A stretch of DNA of 63,099 nucleotides, filler included, from Octopus bimaculoides (GCF_001194135.2; 5 parts of 4 records of this genome joined end to end with filler, not necessarily neighbours in it), one strand, 5' to 3'. Shown: positions 1 to 13,095, counted from the whole stretch's first letter. Notes: a model not told the origin generated them from the letters alone. Numbers and translations are program-made.

Positions 1-81
1 TATATATTGAGGATATTTACATGTATACGTAACACGTATTTTGCTGCGCATTTCCGTACATACGTTTGAGTATATGCGTAC

Positions 82-82
<1 letters not shown>

Positions 83-112
<30 letters not shown>

Positions 113-186
113 TGTATGTATTCACATTTATGTGAGTGTGTGTGTGTGTGTATGTGTGTGTGTGTGTGTGTGTGTATGTGTGTGTG
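83..186. repeat. (TATG)n / (TG)n microsatellites (representative of dozens in the window)
   Basis: Direct tandem units seen. Similar TA, CA, GATA and TACA tracts recur throughout and flank most gaps. Confidence 0.95.
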
Positions 187-574
187 TTGATATATATTTG
201 CGTGTGTACATATAAGTGCACGCATATATAAATATGAAATATACAGAGAGAAAGAGAGTAATTTTAAATTTATGCCTTCAGAAACAAATATTTCAATAAA
301 TTATCTATTGTATCAATACATCGACAAAAACACAACTTTTAAATCATAGTACACCCATTTAAATCTGTAATCATGCAATAACTAGAAATGCTGACCCAAA
401 ATAACAAGCAGTAATAAAAAAAAATTCATACTTTGAAGTTATCAAACAAACAGAGGTGGAAACATTAAAAGTAAAACAATACAAAAAATAAATGGTCTAC
501 ATAATTAAAATAATAATGATAATAATTGTTTTTTTTTTCATTGTTGTGAAAAGGCCAAAGATGATAGAGGAGAG

Positions 575-705
575 CTACGTCGATAGCTTGAACTCAGTTA
601 CCTCGTAAGTAATTTATTTTTATCGTTCTAAAAGCATGAAAGACCTAAGTGAGCTTAGCGTGATTTGAACGTAGCATTTTACTCGTCGTGTGAATGATTC
701 TGCAA
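575..705 (-). mobile_element. Degenerate tRNA-derived SINE fragment (family C)
   Basis: Reverse complement resembles the copy at 17190-17398 (tttcat-gctttt-aga-acgataaaaataaatt-acttacg versus tttaatcctttcaaggtcaatgaaataagtaccag); boundaries approximate. Confidence 0.5.
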
Positions 706-732
706 GATTCTCTCACTCTCTCNNNNNNNNNN

Positions 733-796
<64 letters not shown>

Positions 797-2689
797 CGCA
801 CACAAATATGTAGTGTATGCGCTTTGTTTTTCATTATCATTTTCCTCATTTTCCCATCAAAGTCTCTCTTCTTCATTCTCTATTCTCTAACATTATGTAC
901 TTATTTACCTCGTCTGCCTCTGCCTTTCTGCCATTCTACTTCTATTTTTGTTTCCTACACATTAAAGACAACATGGACAATTTTTCACTGTTTGTTTTTG
1001 CATTAGTCAAACGGAAACTGTCAAATATCTCTAGGTGCATAAAGTTTCCTCCTTCCGATTTATATTGGTATATGAAATTAAACTGTGACATTAGTAATCT
1101 AGTATTGTAGAAGATAATTTTACAACACTAGTGGACGTGAATATGCGTCAATTTTTTTTTACCGCCTCATGTATTATAGAATGATTGTTCACTACTATAT
1201 ACCATAACACATCGAGAATATCTTGAGTACTTCATTGGACAATGAGCAATGTATTTACCTGTTGTGGAGTATATGTTATATAAATCTTTGAGAAATTCTT
1301 TAATTTTCAATTAAATTTGTTGGCGTTGATTGAAAATTCTACTTCGAATGGAGTGATACACTGTAGAATGTACTGAAAATTAATTTTTACTACGCATAAC
1401 GCATCTAATACTTAATAAATTATATTATAAATTATTGATTTCTATGCAGTATTGACTTCTAGCCTTCTACTTTATTTTAGCTTTTGGTTTCATTATTGGA
1501 AATATTGCCGCTGATTTTAATGACTCGTTTGTTCTATTATTTAAACGAATTTTTTTAATGTTTTTAAATACAATATTGCGCTGAATTTATTGACTCATGT
1601 AACACTCTGAATCAACATTTGACATTTTGAAGATAGAAGTAATTCATAAAATTGTAATCCTCCATGCCACATATATCTCTGTCAAGTTAAAATGGTCCAA
1701 TATTTTCCACGAAATATAGATGATGTACTTTCAGAAAACGAACAAGATTATTTTGTAACTATCTTTCATTGATCCGTATAGAAAAAATTCTGTTTGCGGC
1801 AGTTCTGTACACTCTTCACAATTGTTACATGCTTTTCTTTTTGGTACCTGAAGGATTCAGAGTCTTTTGTTATTTGTACTTGTAGAGGTTGTAAGTGTGC
1901 CAGGTCAGATATGATCTGTCTTACTGGACGTGTAGACCTACTCCTTCTGTAGTCGCCAGAAAAATAAGGATTTTCAATAATTCAGTTGCTTGTTGATAAC
2001 CGAATATTTTGTTGCTTAAAAATTTAATTTTTAAAGTCTACATAAACACGAGTTTTCTTTTTGTTTTGAAATCTTTTCTAACACAAAAAAGAAACAGAGA
2101 CAGGAAATACTTAATCTGTTATTTCACTAATCTCTCAATCTATTAACTATTAAGCTATTGGAGTTCTTCACGAAAATCTTTTGATTTAAGCACAAAGTAG
2201 AACTTCCTCCTTTGAAAATATAAGATTCACCACTCGATGACGTGTACATGGAATTTTGTAAGCACGTGTCAATTTCAGAACTCGATAGCTTTTACCATGA
2301 AAACAAGTATATTTGCACCTGAAAAGGTCGTTGCCATATGGGCCACCGTTACAGACCTGATAAGGATATCACAATGAATAACATGAAGAGAATAGTAATA
2401 ATAATGACTTCAAGTTTTAGCACGCGATAAATTTTAAGAAGTGGAGGTTAATTGTATTGTTATATATGTTATAAATTTATGATTGCATGTTTTCTAAATA
2501 ACTAAGGATTGAAGTTAAACAGTTTCATCATATACATCTGAGAAGTTTAATAAAGTTCGCTGATTAGATATTACTAGTTGTGTTCTTACAAGAAGCAAAT
2601 CAATTCTATAAATGCTTCCCCAATACAGCATAACAAACGAGCTTTCCTATATTGTACAATAAGCACAAACATAACTATATACCAGTATA

Positions 2690-3630
2690 CAGGCATGACA
2701 GAAGTAAATATATACCCTTATACTAGTTAAAATTTATTTCAATTTGAAATTATACATTCAAGCATTTTATTAATTATTATAACATGAATATTTAATTTTT
2801 AGTAGACATGCTCTTTGCAGTTTTCAATGCAATGACTCTATTAGGCATGCTACTGATCAGATGACGAATATTCTCTTGAGGAATTTCTTGCCAAGTTTCA
2901 TGCAGGGATTTCAAAAGAACACCCTTTGAGTATGCTTTGTTATTCTTTTTATGAAATGTTCTGTTCATTACAATCGAGAGGTGGCCAATAGGGTTCATAT
3001 CTGGTAACTGGCTTGGCTATGGAAGTTTTTTAATTCCATTCTTTTTCAACTAACCTTGGGCTTTTAGCCGTGTGACAAAGAGCTCCATCTTTTATTAAAA
3101 AAGTCTTCTTTAATCATTTCACCACTGGAGAAGATTGGGAATCCTTTCTACAATACGGACACATATTTATCCGAATCTATGTTTCCATCACACACCACCA
3201 GCACTGATTGTCCATTGCTCTAAATTACTCGCCGTACCAACACAGAATAGTCACCGTGTTTCACTGTTGGCTGCGATCTTTGGACATCAAATTCTTGATC
3301 ACAGGGTCCCCTGACCCACACACGACCACAGTCAGCAAATTTGGACTCATCAGAGAATATCAGAGTGTCACAATCATCTGGCCTAATTTTTTCTCCACTT
3401 GATATCGGATGGTCGAAGAAGTGACTTCCTTCTTGCTGCTCTGTCATAGTAGCCGAATTTTTGGAGATACCTGACCACTGTTGTTGGACTGATATCAACT
3501 TGTTCTGCTATGTCAGATGCCTTGCAACGAGGATTATCCTCCACTCTTCATTTGACGAAGTGAAGGGTCCTGTCAGAGGGCCATGGCCGACCTGGGCAAG
3601 GTAATGTAGAGTTCTTGACCTTCAATACCA
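2690..3630 (-). mobile_element. Decayed Tc1-family DNA transposon (transposase pseudogene plus one end)
   Basis: Minus-strand translation gives EDNPRCKASDIAEQVDISPTTVVRYL (HTH), IFSDESKF, KDGALCHTAK and LP*PSQLPDMNPIGHL (DD34E-like motifs, E replaced by G). TA|CAGGCATGACAG terminus at 2688-2701. Stops and frameshifts present; other end not found. Confidence 0.9.
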
Positions 3631-3639
3631 TACAAAATT

Positions 3640-4550
3640 TAACAATATAAAGGTAAAACATAAAGGATAACAGATTAATACGGTAAATATACCAAAATAA
3701 AAAATCAAAATAATAAGAATCTTTAAAAAATTATAAGAAAATTATATGAAGAGAGGAGATTAAAATTACAAGTAGGAAAAGATAAAAGTAATCCAAAAAA
3801 GTGTAATAGGTATGAAAATAATGAGGACAGTTTAAGGTATTCATACTGAAATGGTTTTGTAAGCTATAATATTACAGGTGCTATTGTATGTATAACTGTA
3901 TAGTTCTTAGGGGGTATAAGATTTAGTCAAGGGAGACTTAATCTCAAAATCATTATAAATACGTTTAATATGACTGATAGGGTTGAAGTTCATAGAAGGA
4001 AAGAATAGTTTAATCACCAAATAGGATGAAGTCAGACTAACTAGGTAGGGGTTACCATAGGGAATATTACATAAAATACATCACATATACATAGCATATA
4101 ATATATATAATGTAACACATTATATAATATAATATAATATCCTGTATTAGAGGCTACATAAAAAATACGACGTCCGAACTTAATTTCCACCATCAAATCT
4201 CAAGTATGGTAAATCTACTATTATTAGTTTGAAAAATGCTTAAATGTGCGGGTGATGCTATGCACGCTTGATACCCTTAGGTCTAATCTACTATTAATAA
4301 GGTTGTTCTTGTCTCTGTACTTGAAAATCTCATGAATTTTATAGACCAAGGCTTACATCCATATCTACTATCTCTGCGCCCTCCGTATTATATCCCATTG
4401 AAGGCTAAATCTAGTCCCGCTTTCCTTAAGTTCCCAGATCTTACTTGAGAAAGACGTACTATTAGCTTTATGTCTAAGTCTAAATTATGAAAGATGGTTA
4501 TTAGTAAGTTTTTCATAACTATCGAACACCTTCCATAGATAAAACTACCA
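3640..4550 (-). mobile_element. Penelope-like element 3' fragment (GIY-YIG endonuclease C-terminus plus AT-rich 3' region)
   Basis: Minus frame RHKANSTSFSSKIWELKESGTRFSLQWDIIRRAQ followed by HEIFKYRDKNNLINSR matches the pattern of PLE endonuclease tails; abuts the Tc1 fragment. Confidence 0.75.
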
Positions 4551-4571
4551 GTTTCAGTCAAAATATATATA

Positions 4572-4660
4572 GTTCCTGGGGTCGATTTGCTCGACTAAAG
4601 GAGGTGCTCTATCATGGCTGCAGTCAAATGACTGAAATAAATTAAAAAAAGGAATAACAG
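4572..4660 (+). mobile_element. SINE family B 3' tail
   Basis: tcctggggtcgatttgctcgactaaagg...gcagtcaaatgactgaaa matches the tail of the full copy at 61051-61478. Confidence 0.8.
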
Positions 4661-5332
4661 AATATATATATATATTATTCTCATCTTGGCCACTGCCAAG
4701 CTAGCACGAACTTTCTTCTCTCTTCCTTTCAGTTCGTCACATCACAGCGTTCAGTATACATATATATCTTTTTCACGTCTAGCCTTACAGCCCTTCTTGT
4801 TTATTTTCACTGTTTTGTTTTCCTGTCGTGTTTTCTGTTTGCCACTACATTCCTCTGCATTACAAATTTAATTTGTTTCCGCGGGAAGAGCGATTCTAAC
4901 AGTGCGTCCTGCCCTAACTTTTCGAAACGCTTAGTGTTAGAATGGTAGCAGCTCATGAAAGAAATGTTCTCTATGTGGCTTGTGTGTTTTCTGTGCTCTG
5001 TTTATGTTCTATTTTTCATTTTGTCTACGTTTTTTGTGACGTCCTGTACCCAGATATGCNNNNNNNNNNNNNNNNNNNNNNNNNNNNNNNNNNNNNNNNN
5101 NNNNNNNNNNNNNNNNNNNNNNNNNNNNNNNNNNNNNNNNNNNNNNNNNNNNNNNNNNNNNNNNNNNNNNNNNNNNNNNNNNNNNNNNNNNNNNNNNNNN
5201 NNNNNNNNNNNNNNNNNNNNNNNNNNNNNNNNNNNNNNNNNNNNNNNNNNNNNNNNNNNNNNNNNNNNNNNNNNNNNNNNNNNNNNNNNNNNNNNNNNNN
5301 NNNNNNNNNNNNNNNNNNNNNNNNNNNNNNNN

Positions 5333-5782
5333 GAAGAAGAAGAAGAAGAAGAAGAAGAAGAAGAAGAAGAAGAAGAAGAAGAAGAAGAAGAAGACAATGA
5401 TAGTGATGATGACGGTGATGATGATCTGCCTGAAATACTGGAATGGTGGAATAATTATGTTTCTGAAAATTTGACGTTCGGGAAATACCAAACAGAACAT
5501 GATTATTGGGGAAGAAGTGAAGGTGAAAATATAAAAATTAATGATAAAGAGATTAGGAATAAAAGTATGAGGATTAAAAAACGGGTGGGTGTGTTATGTC
5601 GGCAAAATAATAAAACTTCTGATGAAGAAATAAATCGAGATGTGGAAAAGTGGAAGTTCAAAGGTGATCGTAACAAGCATGGAATAAGCATGTTCGTGAA
5701 TATAGAATATCTATGCACAGCGTCTAAATTATATTATATTGATATGGCTTTTGAGATCAAAGTCGTTAAGATTTTGAAATGA
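5333..5782 (+). other. Unassigned stop-free frame beginning in a (GAA)n tract after a gap
   Basis: Poly-E/D followed by about 120 non-repetitive codons (DLPEILEWWNNYVSENLTFGKYQTEHDYWGR...). No homolog recognised; the start is hidden in the gap. Confidence 0.3.
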
Positions 5783-6404
5783 GATGAGTTCCGTCCTATA
5801 ACAGTTATAATTGCATAGGTTGCGTGTATTGTGGCTGAATATAGTTGCGTTAGGTGAAATATCAAGTAATCATTAATTACTACACTACATTTTATAATAG
5901 CAGGAACTACTTTTAAATTTAATGGTTCTAGATTTTATAGAAACTTAAATACTATATTTTATAGAAATCATTCTATAAAACTAGATACATTAACAGTTTA
6001 TGCTTGGTATTTCAGCTCAGTTTTAATTCAAATGGTTCTTTTGTGACTAAGTGGATTTAGGTTGTATTAAATGGTAGAATTAGCTTCAGCACTAAAATGG
6101 AAGTCATATGATATACAGCTTGGTGGCCCCGCTAAGAAGATAATGCGTGGGTTTATGTCCCGTGAATACTTAATACTGAAATAGGTTTGGCAAAATAACT
6201 ATTGAACGATATTTGCATTTTTGGGGTCGAAGAGAGATAATTGATATTATCTAACAACTCAGATAAACTTTGTGTTTCAGAAATATTCCTGCCTTGAAAG
6301 TTTTGCCGTAATGAGGAAGAGCGAAAATTCTTTTGTCATGGAGCTATATCATCAGAACTGTTTTGCAACAAATTAACAAATAAGTCAATATTTTATTGTC
6401 CAAG

Positions 6405-6718
6405 GAGCACTCCATCGGTTATGACGACGAGGGTCCCAGCTGATACAATCAGCTTGCTCGTGAAATCAACGTGCAAGTGACTGAGCACTCCGCAGACACG
6501 TGTACCCTTATCGTAGTACTCAGGGAGATTCAGCGTGATACAGAGTGTGACAAGGCTGACACTTTGAAATGCAGATACTACTCATTTTTGCCAGCTGAGT
6601 GGACTGGAACAACGTGAAATAAAGTGTCTTGCTCAAGGACAAGCCACGTCACCGGGAATTGAACTCACGACGTTACGATCGTGAGCTGAATGCACTAACC
6701 ACTAAGCCACGTGCCTTT
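6405..6718 (-). mobile_element. tRNA-derived SINE family A
   Basis: Minus 5' end ggcacgtggcttagtggttag (A box) ... gagttcaattccc (B box); body shared with the copies at 7663, 21972 and 49228. Confidence 0.85.
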
Positions 6719-7394
6719 TGTCGTCCACAGTACAGTAGATATATATAAGAAAAAATATTTTAAGGAAAGAAAATGCAGCAATATCGTGCAAGGATTGGCG
6801 CTCTCACCACAAAGATGTTCACTGTTGTATGACAATAGCCTTTTGCAATAGATCTCTCTGATGGAATATGGCGCACTATCTTCTGATCAGGAGACCAACA
6901 GCAGAACGTGCTTCAGAGACGAAAAACTTGTCAAAATTGCTTATTTTCTATAGTATACCATCTCTTTCTAAAGCTCAGTAAACAAATTGAGTTCAATACA
7001 AACTTCACTTGTGATATTTCCTTACGTCCAAAATTAGTATCGTTATAAACAGAAACTTACAAAACGTATCGTATAAACACCAAATGTTTGACCATATATC
7101 TTGCCATCAACTGAAGTGGAGTGGAACTATATATTATCTTATATCCATTTCTTGTGCTGCAATTCACTATCATTCTGAGAGCACCAGGTGCTCATTAGAT
7201 GAGCTATTTCTGTGTGACACAAGCAGTTCTACCACATCAGCTCCTCTGACAGCTTAACACCATGCCAGTTTTACAATATTTCGTTGAACGTACTGTGGAA
7301 TTTCTGCTCGTGAAAAACTCTGGTAAAATAATGCTCATAGATTTAGTGACAATTAGGTGCCGTGTGGTTACCGGTATGTTAAAGAGTAGACTCA

Positions 7395-7600
7395 ACTATT
7401 TCCTGTGTGTGTCGTAAAGGGAGACTAAAAGAGGCTGAGGTAGGATTTGCACTACGAACTCATAAAACCCTGACCAGCAATGACTACACAAAATAGACCT
7501 GTGGGTCGGAGGATAGTCACCTGAGTGGTGCAAAGGCATCATCTTCCAGGTATAGTTGGGATTCATCAACAAAATGGTGGATGTAGCGATGCGCTGTTAC
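7395..7600 (+). mobile_element. Possible RTE-clade LINE 5' UTR fragment
   Basis: gtgtgtcgtaaagggagactaaaag resembles the GTCGTAAGAGGCGACTAA motif of RTE 5' ends (recalled, not aligned). Confidence 0.4.
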
Positions 7601-7611
7601 AGCGTATACTA

Positions 7612-7662
<51 letters not shown>

Positions 7663-7663
<1 letters not shown>

Positions 7664-7990
7664 GTTGTTGTTGTTGGCACTCCGTCGCTTACGACGTCGA
7701 GGGTTCCAGTTGATCCGATCAAAGGAACACTCTGCTCGTGAAATCAATGTGCAAGTGGCTGAGCACTCCACAGATACGTGTACCCTTAACGTAGTTCTTG
7801 GGGATACTCAGCGTGACACAGTGTGACAAGGCTGACCCTTTGAATTACAGGCACAACAGAAACAGGAAGTAAGAGTGAGAGAAAGTTGTGGTGAAAGAGT
7901 ACAGCAGGGTTCGCCACCATCCCCTGCCGGTGCCTCGTGGGGCTTTAGGTGTTTTCGCTCAATAAACACTCACAACGCCCGGTCTGGGAA
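7663..7990 (-). mobile_element. 5'-truncated SINE (family A variant) inside a (TAC)n microsatellite
   Basis: Near-identical to 49228-49617 but stops within the B box; (TAC)n at 7609-7662 and again from 7991. Confidence 0.9.
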
Positions 7991-8758
7991 ACTACTACTA
8001 CTACTAATACTCTGAAATGATAATAAAAGGGCTCAGAAAGCAACAAATACTTACGCACTCGTAATTCATGGACGAAGTTATGCATACAGATATGTTTACA
8101 TAGGATTATAGATATATACCCACATACATGGTGAGTGCAAGAATATATATATATATAATGTGTGGTATATGCATATACATACACACACATCGAAGTCAGA
8201 CATCAATATCTGCTGGTTCTTCCAAACGTACGTGATAGCAATTAGCTCATATAGCTCCAAGAATGTATGTGAATACATATTTATATCATCGAATGTAAAC
8301 AGCTACGTACACACACGTGATTATTCATAAAGGACTATAAAATATATTCATTAAGCAAATAAGTCATTTAGTTTGGAAACGAAATAAAATTATATTCGTA
8401 AAAAATATCAATACATAAAATGTTTCGGGACTGCAGTGGAAGAGTGAAAGACTATCTATTTGAAAAGCCAATGGATTCTAAGATGCAAAGTTGATATGGT
8501 AATTTGTTATGGTAGGTATATGTGTCAGCATACCAATTAATTTTGTAAAATGTACTTATGGGAATATATATACCTGACATTCATTAGTATTACTGAATGG
8601 ATGGGCATGCTTGTTTTACCATATTTGGGAGGTGAAACGTATACTTCTTGTGCATCTTTCCTTATAGTCCTGTGGCCTTCCTAACCATGAGCAGATAAGT
8701 AAATATACACAAACGCATATATACACAACAAAAGGTATAAAATCATATTGCCTCTCAC

Positions 8759-8801
<43 letters not shown>

Positions 8802-8845
8802 NNNNNNNNNNNNNNNNNNNNNNNNNNNNNNNNNNNNNNNNNNNN

Positions 8846-8857
8846 TTAATTAATTAA
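8846..8857. other. Assembly spacer TTAATTAATTAA
   Basis: Six-frame-stop 12-mer flanked by about 44 N on each side; the same motif occurs at 23705, 33010 and 47543. Confidence 0.9.
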
Positions 8858-8901
8858 NNNNNNNNNNNNNNNNNNNNNNNNNNNNNNNNNNNNNNNNNNN
8901 N

Positions 8902-8951
<50 letters not shown>

Positions 8952-9393
8952 AGTTGTATCTTTTTTCCAACTAGTTATCTTGCTTTATGAATATATTCAT
9001 ACATACTTGCATATAGGCATACATACATACATTCATGAATGCATGCATGCATGCATACACGTTTTCATACATACATACATACATACATACATGTATGGTT
9101 CGAAATTGTAGAAAAGACGAAAACAGAGAGAGATAAGGGAACAAGAGACAAAGCGTATCGGTTTGACGCTGATCAAAATATGGAAGAGACTTTGAGCTTT
9201 GGAGACACCAACGCTCTTCTTTTCTTCAAAAAGGAGTGCGGAGAGAAAGCAATATGGAGATGCGAAGAAAAAATGGAGAGGAAAAAAATGTGTGTACACA
9301 CACACACATGCGCGCGCTCGCACACATATATATATATATATCTACATATATAAATATATATCAATATATACACATATATGTATATGTGTGTAT

Positions 9394-9445
<52 letters not shown>

Positions 9446-9625
9446 TTATTAATATAGAGGTAGATAGACATACACCTATATTTGTATCGATAATTTCATG
9501 ATGAGAAACCATATACTGAAAGTAAGAAAGGAAAGATGTTTTGCTTTGTGTAAACCACANNNNNNNNNNNNNNNNNNNNNNNNNNNNNNNNNNNNNNNNN
9601 NNNNNNNNNNNNNNNNNNNNNNNNN

Positions 9626-9667
<42 letters not shown>

Positions 9668-9774
9668 CTGTGTGTGTGTGTGTGTGCGCTTGTGTGTGTT
9701 TTGTGTGTGAGCACGGCTCGTCGTATATGCGGCGAGCTGTAGTTACTCTCGAAACGTATAGAGCCAGATGTGGA

Positions 9775-9920
9775 TGTGTGGTAAGAAGCTTGTTTTTCAC
9801 CTGTATTGATTCAGGTTCAGTCACACCACGTAGCACCTTGGACAAGCGTCTTCTCCAATGACCTCCTCAACCGAACCCTTGTAATTTGGTAGATGGAAAC
9901 AGAAAGGAACCCATCGTATA
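9775..9920 (+). mobile_element. SINE family B 5' half, degenerate
   Basis: gtggtaagaagcttg...ggttcagtc...gcaccttggacaagcgtcttc...ttggtagatggaaac...cccatcgtata parallels 61051-61215. Confidence 0.75.
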
Positions 9921-10105
9921 TATATATGTTATATATATTATATATATTTCAAATGATTGATACTAGAAGACGGAGTATACCTAGAAGTTTCTAGTTTCAA
10001 TCCATCTCTTGTATCAATCATTTAAAATATACCTTACGCACACCTAGGAATTCTGGACACAGATCCAGCGATGAATACGCAGTAATGCTGATGAGGCTAC
10101 ATACA

Positions 10106-10155
<50 letters not shown>

Positions 10156-10260
10156 TTACTCAATATCAACAGATTATTATTGATTAATTTCGTATTACAT
10201 TATTTATTATTAAACCGTTATAAATCTAAACAATATTAATATTTAATAATAATAGAATTG

Positions 10261-10291
<31 letters not shown>

Positions 10292-10376
10292 TTTTTCCGC
10301 CTCTCGACATTTCCCAGAGGCGTTATGTAAATATTCGGAAACATCAATCGGTAGAATCTAACTTTGCTCTTTACAG

Positions 10377-10409
10377 GTTCAGTATGGCTTGTTGAGAATT
10401 TCAGAATTT
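10377..10409 (+). CDS. Candidate 33-nt micro-exon (phase 1-1 reading GSVWLVENFRI)
   Basis: Good acceptor aactttgctcttttacag|G, donor T|gtaagt, length divisible by 3 and open; no transcript evidence. Confidence 0.3.
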
Positions 10410-11008
10410 GTAAGTTTTGACCATTATGATGGAGGAAAATAAAGAATTATTAAATATTGAGAATATGGAAATCGATGATACATACATAAAGATTGATCTT
10501 GTAATAAATAGACATGATCTTATTGATTGGATAATAAAATATTTTATTGATCTTTCAATTTCAATATGTTTACATTTAATGTTTATTAAAGGTAAAATTC
10601 CAATTAAATTTACCTCTAATCCTATTCATACTATTAGTCAATGAGAGAATGATAAAGATATAATTGTACCTGTAATTATTATAATAATGAATATAAACAC
10701 CATTGTCTATTCCTTTTTAATTGTTTCTCTCTGTGGACTGCGCCCATGCTGGAAAACCTACTTCGAGGGTTTTAGTAAATCAAACCGATCGCAATAGGGG
10801 TAATGTTTCTTGTTCTTTATTTGTTATTATTTTTTTTGTACCGAACCGCTTGGATACAGAGAAGCAAATAAAACAAAGCCAGTTGCCAAGAAGTGTCGTC
10901 GGCGCCATTGGTAGTCGTCTTAACCCATAAATAAAGTATATATGTATGTGTGTTTATATGCATAAATTGTACGCACTCACTCAGACACGAACACACACAC
11001 AAACACGC

Positions 11009-11068
<60 letters not shown>

Positions 11069-11977
11069 NNNNNNNNNNNNNNNNNNNNNNNNNNNNNNNN
11101 NNNNNNNNNNNNNNNNNNNNNNNNNNNNNNNNNNNNNNNNNNNNNNNNNNNNNNNNNNNNNNNNNNNNNNNNNNNNNNNNNNNNNNNNNNNNNNNNNNNN
11201 NNNNNNNNNNNNNNNNNNNNNNNNNNNNNNNNNNNNNNNNNNNNNNNNNNNNNNNNNNNNNNNNNNNNNNNNNNNNNNNNNNNNNNNNNNNNNNNNNNNN
11301 NNNNNNNNNNNNNNNNNNNNNNNNNNNNNNNNNNNNNNNNNNNNNNNNNNNNNNNNNNNNNNNNNNNNNNNNNNNNNNNNNNNNNNNNNNNNNNNNNNNN
11401 NNNNNNNNNNNNNNNNNNNNNNNNNNNNNNNNNNNNNNNNNNNNNNNNNNNNNNNNNNNNNNNNNNNNNNNNNNNNNNNNNNNNNNNNNNNNNNNNNNNN
11501 NNNNNNNNNNNNNNNNNNNNNNNNNNNNNNNNNNNNNNNNNNNNNNNNNNNNNNNNNNNNNNNNNNNNNNNNNNNNNNNNNNNNNNNNNNNNNNNNNNNN
11601 NNNNNNNNNNNNNNNNNNNNNNNNNNNNNNNNNNNNNNNNNNNNNNNNNNNNNNNNNNNNNNNNNNNNNNNNNNNNNNNNNNNNNNNNNNNNNNNNNNNN
11701 NNNNNNNNNNNNNNNNNNNNNNNNNNNNNNNNNNNNNNNNNNNNNNNNNNNNNNNNNNNNNNNNNNNNNNNNNNNNNNNNNNNNNNNNNNNNNNNNNNNN
11801 NNNNNNNNNNNNNNNNNNNNNNNNNNNNNNNNNNNNNNNNNNNNNNNNNNNNNNNNNNNNNNNNNNNNNNNNNNNNNNNNNNNNNNNNNNNNNNNNNNNN
11901 NNNNNNNNNNNNNNNNNNNNNNNNNNNNNNNNNNNNNNNNNNNNNNNNNNNNNNNNNNNNNNNNNNNNNNNNNNNNN

Positions 11978-12008
<31 letters not shown>

Positions 12009-12154
12009 AGGTGTATGTATATGCCTATATATATATATGTGTGTGTGTGTGTGCGTGTGTGTGTGTGTGTGTGTGTGCAAATTCACATATATACATACAT
12101 AAACATACACGCATATGAACAAATGTAGATAGACAGACAGACAGATAGACAGAC

Positions 12155-12217
<63 letters not shown>

Positions 12218-12238
12218 CAGGCAGGCAGGGAGGCAGGC

Positions 12239-12324
<86 letters not shown>

Positions 12325-12996
12325 GTATAAACCCAGACATAGGCAGAGCTGAATCGTTGACAAATAAGCGGGCTGCAACTGTCCATCACACAATATTTCT
12401 CTCATTTCAATCGTAAATACTTTATAACTTCAACACTAGACAGCTGCCCAAACAAAACTAACCGTCAACAATGCTATTTTTCTCTATAGATCGTTTCCTC
12501 TTTAACGAAACAGATTTCTCCATAATTATTCATATTAAATCCACCCAGAAACAGTTCTCAAAAGCCCGATAAATATCGCATTAATTAAATCCTGTTATGT
12601 CGTCCCTTTCTGCTTTGAAGGGAACGAGGTGTTAAATTCGTAGGAAATGGGTTTCTGTTTAAATGTCTTTTCATATTTATGTAATATGATTTAATCCGAA
12701 ACAGTGAACGCTCACCACGCGTTTACAATGAAATCAAATTAATATATAATTTAAGAGCGAATAAACTGATTCGATAGATCCATATCCTTTGTGGCGTTGC
12801 CTGTTGATCAATGGAAAATTATGAGATAACTAAAATTGTCTGAGAACCTACAATATTTATCAAGCGTTGATGTATATCTAAATATGCTAATTAAATCCCA
12901 ATGTTCTTCTTGTATGTCATTTACATTACCATAAAATTTATTGGAACGAAACTACTCAGATTTATGTCTGTCGCCTTTAAGTTTTCTATGCAACAG

Positions 12997-13095
12997 TCGT
13001 CGGACACTTACAGTCATATTAACAGCGTGAATCAGGAGTTTGAAAAGAAATTGAAAAGAGACAGGCAGAGCTGGAGTAGAGAAGACGTGTCATAG
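12997..13095 (+). CDS. Candidate terminal exon (SSDTYSHINSVNQEFEKKLKRDRQSWSREDVS*)
   Basis: Moderate acceptor ttttctatgcaacag|T and an open frame to TAG; unverified. Confidence 0.2.
   Translation, partial: SSDTYSHINSVNQEFEKKLKRDRQSWSREDVS

Noticed and set aside
10085-10170. gctgatgaggc followed by (CA)n
   Set aside because: No GAAA half; the microsatellite follows directly.
10946-12389. Long ORFs of 300-470 aa in the supplied track (also 26151-27398, 45851-47145)
   Set aside because: They run through N gaps and dinucleotide repeats; the translations are X and YI/HT/CV runs.
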